A stretch of 64,000 nucleotides of DNA from Longimicrobiales bacterium (lineage in GTDB: Bacteria; Gemmatimonadota; Gemmatimonadetes; Longimicrobiales; Gaopeijiaceae). Below, one piece after another: positions 56,537 to 64,000 of this stretch. How positions within the stretch are numbered: the stretch's first letter is position 1; each line of letters starts with the position of its first letter. The position numbers and the translations under genes were made by a program. The notes beneath the pieces were generated by a model. It had not been told where the DNA came from. It did no database searches and saw nothing but the letters and a program-made list of their open reading frames with translations. The stretch lies in contig CBDCNQ010000004.1 of NCBI GenBank assembly GCA_965219445.1, positions 800,001 to 864,000 of the forward strand, in the 5' to 3' direction.

Positions 56537-59227
56537 CAATTGCCCATCCGCTCGCGAAGCTCCTCGAACCAGTTGGTGACCAGGTGGACTTCGGCGCTCG
56601 CCGCACCCTCATCACCCGTCCGCAACATCACGAATCGTCGATCGTCGGGACTCACGTCGTACATCGCGTGAGCGCTGGCGGTTAGGTAACCATCCATCGG
56701 GAACAGCACCTCTTCTCGCACCGTGGCGAACGTCGGATCTTCAGTGAACTGGACCGCCACCAGTTCGTTGGCTCCGTTCCGGTAGAACAGTTCCCGTCCG
56801 TTGTGTGCGAACACCGGATCAAGCCCCCCATCAGTGGAGACCTGCACCAGGCCTGAGCCAGCATCGGGGGGGGAAGGGACGCACGTAGACCTCATCTCGG
56901 CCCGTATTGTTCGAGACGTAGGCCAGCCAACGATCGTTGGGTGAGAGAGAGATCGACACCTCTCCGAACTCCGTCACCTGCAGCGGCACCGCCACGCTGT
57001 CTACCCCGGGTCGGATGGCGGAGATGTCGCCAAGTTGAAAGGCTCCTTCACGAAAGACCAACCATGTACCATCCGAGGAGTAGCGCGCCTCCCAGATTTG
57101 GGCTTCGGTATGCAGCACCAGTTCAGCCGTGCCGCTCCCGTCCGCACGCTTGGTCCAGACGTCGTAATTCACTCCTGCACGATCCGATAGGAATCTCAGC
57201 GACTCACCGTTCGGCGACCAAGTCGCCCTTTGGTTTATCGTTCCCTCGAACGTGAGCCGTGACAGCGGCCCCGTGGGCAACTGCTTCACCCACAGGTCAA
57301 ACGTTCCCTCAGAGCCCGGTATCGAGATCGCAAGTCGATCCTCATTTGGGGAGAGAGCGAGGCTGGAAAAGTTCGGGGTTCCCTGGGTCCTCCACGCGGG
57401 ATCGATCTCGCGGGCGGTGCCGTCTCTTTCCACCCATACGGGTGTAACCGATTGGTCTGTGCCACCGCCACCTGTGAGGTACAGAAGCGTGCCCGTCTGC
57501 GATACGGCGAACTGCGAGGCACCGCTGCCAAACACGGCCATCAAGGGGAGCAACGTCACCGGCGCTCCCGTCACCTGCAGCGACTCGACATCGAACGGTA
57601 CGCCCATGAGCGCCCCGTCACCGTGTCCGTAGATCAGGTGGCCCGTAGACACGTAGCGCGGCTGATTCCCACTAGGGATAAGCTCGCGGACCTCGCCCGT
57701 CTCAATCTCGAAGATCAAGATGCGCGATACCTGTGCACCACCACCAGTGCCGAATAACACCGCCCTTCCGTTGGGCAGGAGATGCGGTCGGGCGACGCTC
57801 ACCGAATCGGAGTCCAGCAAGACCTGTGGATCGCCTCCCGAGGACCCGACGCGGTAGAGAACACCTCCGTCGTTGTAGACGATGGTCTCGTCAAAGCCCC
57901 AGTGCGGGTAACCGCCGGAAGTCGTAACCGGAAGGGCCGGTCCGCCAATTATCGAAACTTTCGAGATCCCGCCTCCGGCAGGGAAGGAGAAGGCCACCGA
58001 TTGCCCGTCCGGCGAAAAGGTCGGGTCGGCACCCCCCTCCGTATTGGGAAGCTGCCTCCACTCCGGGTCGTTCGCAGTACGCATGTGGATGGAGCCGGAG
58101 GCCTCCGGCACACTCAGAATCGTGCGGCCGTCTGGCGAGATCGCGAGCCTCCATCGGCCACCTTGGCCGAGAATGTCGAGGCCCGTCACTGTCGCCCGCG
58201 TCGGGACACCCGGTTCGGGGGCCGGAGGAGACCGGAGCCAGCCCCAGCCAGCGATCAACGTGAGGACGGCAGCGAGGGCTGCGAACGCCATCGTCAGCCG
58301 ATTCCAGGGACCAGGCATCGTGGCGGGCGTGGCTACCGGCTCCGGGGTCGAGGTCGTTGCGGCTGTCCGAGTCCGCGCCTTGTACGTGAAACTCTCATCG
58401 CCGAGCGCCGCTGCAAACTCCGCCGCGCTCGTGAAGCGGTCGGCGGGCAGCTTCTCCAGAGCCTGAGCCAGTGCCGCAGCCACATTCGGAGCCACAGTTC
58501 TTCGCGCACTCGTGATCGACGGAGCGTCTGTCGTGAGGATCTGGACCAAGACCGCTTGGGCAGTAGGCGCAGCGAACGGAGGCTGCCCGGCGAGCATCTC
58601 GTAGAGCACACACCCCAGCGCGAAGACATCCGACTTCGGGTCCACGTCCCGGTCGCCAGTGGCCTGTTCCGGGCTCATGTAGTGCGGCGTGCCCAAGCTG
58701 AGTCCGGTCTCCGTGATGCGTCCGGCACCGGCCTGAGCGACGGCCAGCGCGATACCGAAGTCAGCGACGAGTGGCTCGCCCTGCTCACTCAGGAGGATGT
58801 TGCCCGGCTTGATGTCGCGGTGGACGACGCCGTTCCCGTGCGCGTAGTCGAGTGCGCCCGCGACCTTCTGCGTGATAGCGACCGAGTCCTTCACACCCAT
58901 TTGCTTTTCACGGTCCAGGCGATCCCTGAGCGATTCTCCTTCAACATAGGGCATCACATAGAACACGACCCCGTCCGCCTCCCCGGAGTCGAAGAGCGGC
59001 AGGATGTGGGGGTGCTGGAGGTTCGCCGTCGTCTTGATCTCGGCTAGAAAACGCTCGGCTCCGACGACGGCGGCTAACTCCGGCTTCAAGACCTTCAGCG
59101 CGACCTTGCGCTCGTGCTTGAGGTCGTCGGCCAGGTAGACGGTGGCCATGCCGCCCTCGCCGAGTTCACGCTCGATCGTGTAGCGGCCTTCTAGGGCCGC
59201 ATTCAGGCGGGCGACGGCATCCGACAT
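56536..59227 (-). pseudogene. Ser/Thr kinase + PD40 paralog with a +1 frameshift in a C8 tract (56866-56873)
   Basis: ORF 56831-59239 ends '..EVYVRPFP|PRCW..'; the homologous tail 'PDAGSGLVQVSTDGG...VTNWFEELR' continues in ORF 56536-56895; C7 would restore the frame. Confidence 0.85.
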
Positions 59228-59325
59228 GGAAGACAACATGCGTCTAAGGCGCAGGGGGCGGCAAGCAGCTACGGTGATGATCGCGGGCGGTAAGGGTCGA
59301 CCGCGCTAGGGACTCACTCCTCGTT

Positions 59326-59349
59326 GGGGTTGGTTTCGGGGTTGGTTTG
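59326..59349. repeat. Tandem 12-bp repeat GGGGTTGGTTT(C/G), also present once at 53368-53378 (candidate integrase arm sites)
   Basis: ggggttggtttc ggggttggtttg; gggttggtttc near the other island end. Confidence 0.7.
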
Positions 59350-59450
59350 GCCCCGTTAGGGCCCCGTTTCGTGGGGCCAGGGCCCGCTAGGGCAACGGGC
59401 AAAATCCAGGCAGCACGCTAACTTCCCGGAATCGGGGGTTTCCAGGCGGG

Positions 59451-59491
59451 GGTTAACAGCCAGGCGCTCTGCCGGTTGAGCTACGCCCCAT
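59451..59491 (-). repeat. att-type direct repeat: 5' half of tRNA-Asn (acceptor 5' strand through the anticodon loop)
   Basis: ggttaacagccaggcgctctgccggttgagctacgccccat is identical to 53261-53301; no T arm follows. Confidence 0.92.
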
Positions 59492-59751
59492 CAACCGTCT
59501 CGATCCCCTCGACGGCCATACGAATCCGAAGGATCGATCCTGCCGATGAGGAACGTCGGGAAGAATCCTACGGAGGAGTCCCCACTCAGGGAGACGGGTC
59601 ATCACGCTGATTTCGCAGCCTACAGTAATTACACGCCCGGGAAAATGGAAGATAGTGTTGCCCTCCCCCCCGGTCGGGGACACCTTCGGGGGCTCGTGCC
59701 CTCCAACCACTTTTCGTTTTCGGTATACGGGGCGCCCGGACCGGAGAGCCA

Positions 59752-60525
59752 ATGAACCGTATCAAGGGAAAAACCGCTGTCGTCACCGGTGCCTCGTCTG
59801 GATTCGGGCAGGCCTGCGCGCGCGCCTTCGCTCAACAGGGCGCGAACCTCGTTCTCCTGGCCAGGAGACAGGACCGCCTCGAGGCTCTCGCTGAAGAGCT
59901 GTCAGAGACTGGCGTCGATGTCATCACCCGCGTCCACGACGTCAGAGACCGAGCGGCTGCTAGTGCCTTCGCGTCGGATCTGACGGGCCGGGGCATCGTA
60001 CCCGACATTCTTCTGAACAATGCGGGTCTCGCACGCGGCTTGGTACCCATCCACGAGGGAGAGATTGACGATTGGGAGGAGATGATCGACACGAACATGA
60101 AGGGTCTTCTCTATCTGACCCGAGCGATTCTTCCCCTCATGGTCGAGCGGGACGAGGGCCACGTCATCAACATCGGGAGCACCGCGGGCCGCTGGGTCTA
60201 CCCTGGGGGCAACGTATACAACGCGACCAAGTTTGCCGTGTACGCGCTGAATGAGGCGATGAACATCGACCTCGTAGGCACTAAGCTCCGAGTTTCGGGC
60301 GTCGACCCCGGTGCCGCCGAGACGGAGTTTTCGAACGTGCGTTTTCATGGCGACGACGATCGTGCCCGGAAGGTCTATGCGGGTTTTACGCCTTTGACGG
60401 CCGAGGACATCGCCGACGTAGTCTGTTATGTCGCCAACGCGCCACCTCACGTGAACGTCCTCCAAGTCGTCATTGAGTGCACGGCTCAGCGATCGGCGGC
60501 GGTCCTCCACCGAGAGGCCACGTGA
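59752..60525 (+). CDS. SDR family NADP-dependent oxidoreductase (YdfG-like)
   Basis: TGASSGFG, LARRQDRL, NNAGLARG, YNATKFAV, ETEFSNVRFHGD. Confidence 0.92.
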   Translation: MNRIKGKTAVVTGASSGFGQACARAFAQQGANLVLLARRQDRLEALAEELSETGVDVITRVHDVRDRAAASAFASDLTGRGIVPDILLNNAGLARGLVPIHEGEIDDWEEMIDTNMKGLLYLTRAILPLMVERDEGHVINIGSTAGRWVYPGGNVYNATKFAVYALNEAMNIDLVGTKLRVSGVDPGAAETEFSNVRFHGDDDRARKVYAGFTPLTAEDIADVVCYVANAPPHVNVLQVVIECTAQRSAAVLHREAT

Positions 60526-60538
60526 GGAGCCCACGCCC

Positions 60539-61786
60539 TTGACTCCACTGAAGGCCTCCCCGGGGATCATCGTTTTCGCCCTCTGGCTGCTGGTTTTCGC
60601 CGCCAGCAGCCAGATCATGATCATCACGCCCATCCTGCCACAGATCGGCGAAGAGTTGGCGATCGGTGAATCCGCGCTGGGGACCCTCGTCTCGGCCTAC
60701 TCGATCATGGTCGGGTTCTTCGCCATCATCGCGGGTCCTGTTTCGGACAAGATCGGGCGCCGCCGGATCCTGCTCCTCGGCACCGGCGTGATGACGGGCG
60801 CCCTCCTGATGCACCACTTCGTAATCGGATACTACTCCTTCCTGGCTGTTCGGTTGGGCACCGGCTGCGCGGGCGGGATCCTCAGCGGTTCCGCGGTCTC
60901 GTACATAGGAGACTTCTTCCCCTATAACCGGCGTGGGTGGGCCACGGGGTGGGTCATGAGCGGGATGGCCTTCGGCCAGATCGCAGGTATCCCGATTGGC
61001 ATCGTCCTCGCCGGAGCGTACGGATTCAAGGTGCCCTTCTATCTGTTCGCGGTCGCGATGGCGGCGACCTTTACCTTGATCTGGTTCCGGGTTCCCCAGC
61101 CGGACGTCCAGCGTGCCGTGGGCCCGCTCACCGTTGCGAGCGCGGTGCGGAACTACCGGGCGATGCTTGCACGAAGCGAGATCACCGCGGCGTCCGTCGC
61201 CTACTTCACGATGTTTATCGGAGTCTCGCTCTATGTGGTCTACCTGCCTTATTGGCTGACGCAATCGTTGGGTATGAGCTCGAATGCGATCGCCAGCCTG
61301 TTCGTCGTCGGCGGGATCGCGAACGTGCTCACGGGTCCCCGGGCCGGAAGGCTGTCGGATCGGATCGGCCGGAAACCCGTCATCATCCTCTCCTGCGTCG
61401 GGCTCTCCATCGTGATGCTTCTGACCACGGTGCTGGTTCGGGAGTTCTGGGTCGCGTATGTGCTCTATTTCTCTACCATGGTCCTGGTGGCGATGCGCCT
61501 CAGTCCGTTCTCGGCGTTGTTGACGGCACTTGTGAGCGATGAACGCCGCGGCTCACTGATGAGCATGACCATTGCGTTGGGTCAGGTTGGCTTCGCCGTG
61601 GGTGCAGCCGCGGCCGGGCCGCTCTACAGTCGCTTCGGATACGGAAGCAACACGGTCCTCGGAGCCGCCGCCGTAATGATCATGGCTGGGTTGGTCGCCT
61701 ACCTGGTGCCGGAGCCGGAGCTCCACGCCCATCATTCCGCAGATCGTGCCGACGATCCACTCCCGGATCATGCAGCCGCATCGTGA
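60539..61786 (+). CDS. MFS transporter
   Basis: About 12 TM segments; GPVSDKIGRR and GRLSDRIGRK motif A; TTG start after AGGAG inferred. Confidence 0.9.
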   Translation: MTPLKASPGIIVFALWLLVFAASSQIMIITPILPQIGEELAIGESALGTLVSAYSIMVGFFAIIAGPVSDKIGRRRILLLGTGVMTGALLMHHFVIGYYSFLAVRLGTGCAGGILSGSAVSYIGDFFPYNRRGWATGWVMSGMAFGQIAGIPIGIVLAGAYGFKVPFYLFAVAMAATFTLIWFRVPQPDVQRAVGPLTVASAVRNYRAMLARSEITAASVAYFTMFIGVSLYVVYLPYWLTQSLGMSSNAIASLFVVGGIANVLTGPRAGRLSDRIGRKPVIILSCVGLSIVMLLTTVLVREFWVAYVLYFSTMVLVAMRLSPFSALLTALVSDERRGSLMSMTIALGQVGFAVGAAAAGPLYSRFGYGSNTVLGAAAVMIMAGLVAYLVPEPELHAHHSADRADDPLPDHAAAS

Positions 61787-61978
61787 TCAGGGGACGCCGA
61801 CATTGAACCCGTATTGACTGGACGCTTGGAGATCATCTGAGGCCTAGGCGGTTAGACGGAGTGTAACCACTCCGGCGTCCGAGCCATTACAATTATGGAG
61901 GTTCAGACAGGGTCTTTCCGCGCCGCCGGACGCAGCTGCGTTCGGCGGCGCCCTTTCCCCACCGACTGGAGGGCGACG

Positions 61979-62965
61979 TTGGCCGGATCGCCGAGGCTTG
62001 ACTTCGAGCGTGACATCATGGAAGTCCAGGAGCAGATTGATGGACTCGTGGCTTCCGCCGAGCGCAGCGGCTTCGATGTCACCGACGAACTCAAGGAGCT
62101 CCGGACGAAATTGGACGCCCTCAAGCAATCCACATACCAGAACCTCACCCCCATGGAGCAAGTGCAGGTGGCGCGGCACCCGGAACGCCCCTACACACTC
62201 GACTACATCGAGGGGATCTTCACGAACTGGATAGAGTTGCACGGCGATAGAGCTTTTCGGGACGACGAAGCGATCGTCGGGGGCTGGGCGGCGCTCGGTG
62301 GGACTCCCGTCATGGTGATCGGCCATCAAAAGGGCCGTGACATGAAGGAAAACCTGCGACGTAACTTTGGAATGGCGCATCCGGAGGGCTACCGGAAGGC
62401 CCTGAGGCTCATGCGACAGGCAGAAAAGTTCGGGAGGGCGGTCGTTACCTTCATCGATACCCCCGGCGCCTATCCAGGACTCGGTTCGGAGGAGCGTGGG
62501 GTCGCCGAGGCCATAGCGATGAACCTACGGGAAATGGTGCGACTCAAAGTCCCGATCTTGTCGGTGGTCATCGGGGAAGGCGGCTCGGGAGGGGCGCTCG
62601 GCCTCGGTGTGAGTGATCGCATCTTGATGCTGGAGCACTCCATATATTCGGTCATCTCGCCGGAGGGCTGTGCCGCCATCCTGTGGCACTCTCGAGACTT
62701 CAAGGCGGAGGCGGCGGCGGCGCTCAAGATCACCTCCAAGGATCTATTGGAGTTGGGCGTGGCCGATGAGGTCATTCCCGAGCCGTCGGGGGGAGCGCAC
62801 TCGGACTGGGACGCCACGATCGCGGCCGTAAAGGAAGCCATCGTGCGTAACCTCACGGAGCTGGGCCGATTCAAGACGGACCGGTTGCTGAAGGCGCGCT
62901 GGGCAAAGTACGAAGGAATGGGGGCGTGGGGCGAGTCGGCGGCTAGTACGTCGGCCGACGCCTGA
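61979..62965 (+). CDS. accA: Acetyl-CoA carboxylase carboxyltransferase alpha subunit
   Basis: LDFE, ARHPERPYTLDYI, ELHGDR, RNFGMAHPEGYRKALR, IGEGGSGGAL, YSVISPEGCAAILW; TTG start after GGAGG. Confidence 0.96.
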   Translation: MAGSPRLDFERDIMEVQEQIDGLVASAERSGFDVTDELKELRTKLDALKQSTYQNLTPMEQVQVARHPERPYTLDYIEGIFTNWIELHGDRAFRDDEAIVGGWAALGGTPVMVIGHQKGRDMKENLRRNFGMAHPEGYRKALRLMRQAEKFGRAVVTFIDTPGAYPGLGSEERGVAEAIAMNLREMVRLKVPILSVVIGEGGSGGALGLGVSDRILMLEHSIYSVISPEGCAAILWHSRDFKAEAAAALKITSKDLLELGVADEVIPEPSGGAHSDWDATIAAVKEAIVRNLTELGRFKTDRLLKARWAKYEGMGAWGESAASTSADA

Positions 62966-62980
62966 GCAGGGCCCAGACCG

Positions 62981-64000
<1,020 letters not shown>

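Larger units (their letters stand above)
53261..59491. mobile_element. Degenerate integrative island at tRNA-Asn bounded by 41-bp direct repeats
   Basis: 53261-53301 is identical to 59451-59491; tyrosine-integrase remnant next to the tRNA; GGGTTGGTTT repeats inside both ends. Confidence 0.85.

Noticed and set aside
59451..59491. Second functional tRNA-Asn gene
   Set aside because: Sequence stops two bases after the anticodon loop; no T arm or 3' acceptor strand. It is an att-type fragment.

Overview
GC-rich bacterial chromosomal segment. The gene set and the repeated Ser/Thr kinase + PD40 beta-propeller family suggest Gemmatimonadota (inference, not a database result). The backbone carries sahR-ahcY, dnaE, a sodium:solute symporter, msrA, the NHEJ pair ligD/ku, and accA-ricT-metG. 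Three mobile or accessory signals stand out. (1) A ~6.2 kb island at tRNA-Asn(GTT) is bounded by a 41-bp direct repeat of the tRNA 5' half, not the usual 3' half. It has GGGTTGGTTT repeats inside both ends, remnants of a tyrosine integrase and an XRE regulator fused at a palindrome, and two tandem kinase genes, one frameshifted in a C8 tract. (2) A complete group IIC intron (32129-34028) sits after a hairpin and has a non-consensus GUGGG 5' end. (3) A DUF222/HNH gene is surrounded by tandem repeats and palindromes. Other notable loci: a CarF/TMEM189-family desaturase coupled to a sterol-desaturase-family gene, a MerR-TPR gene coupled to Ku, a HEAT/HD-GYP pair with a shared N-terminal domain, a beta-propeller + diheme cytochrome pair, and a candidate SahR operator. 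All product calls come from motif recognition by eye; no searches were run.
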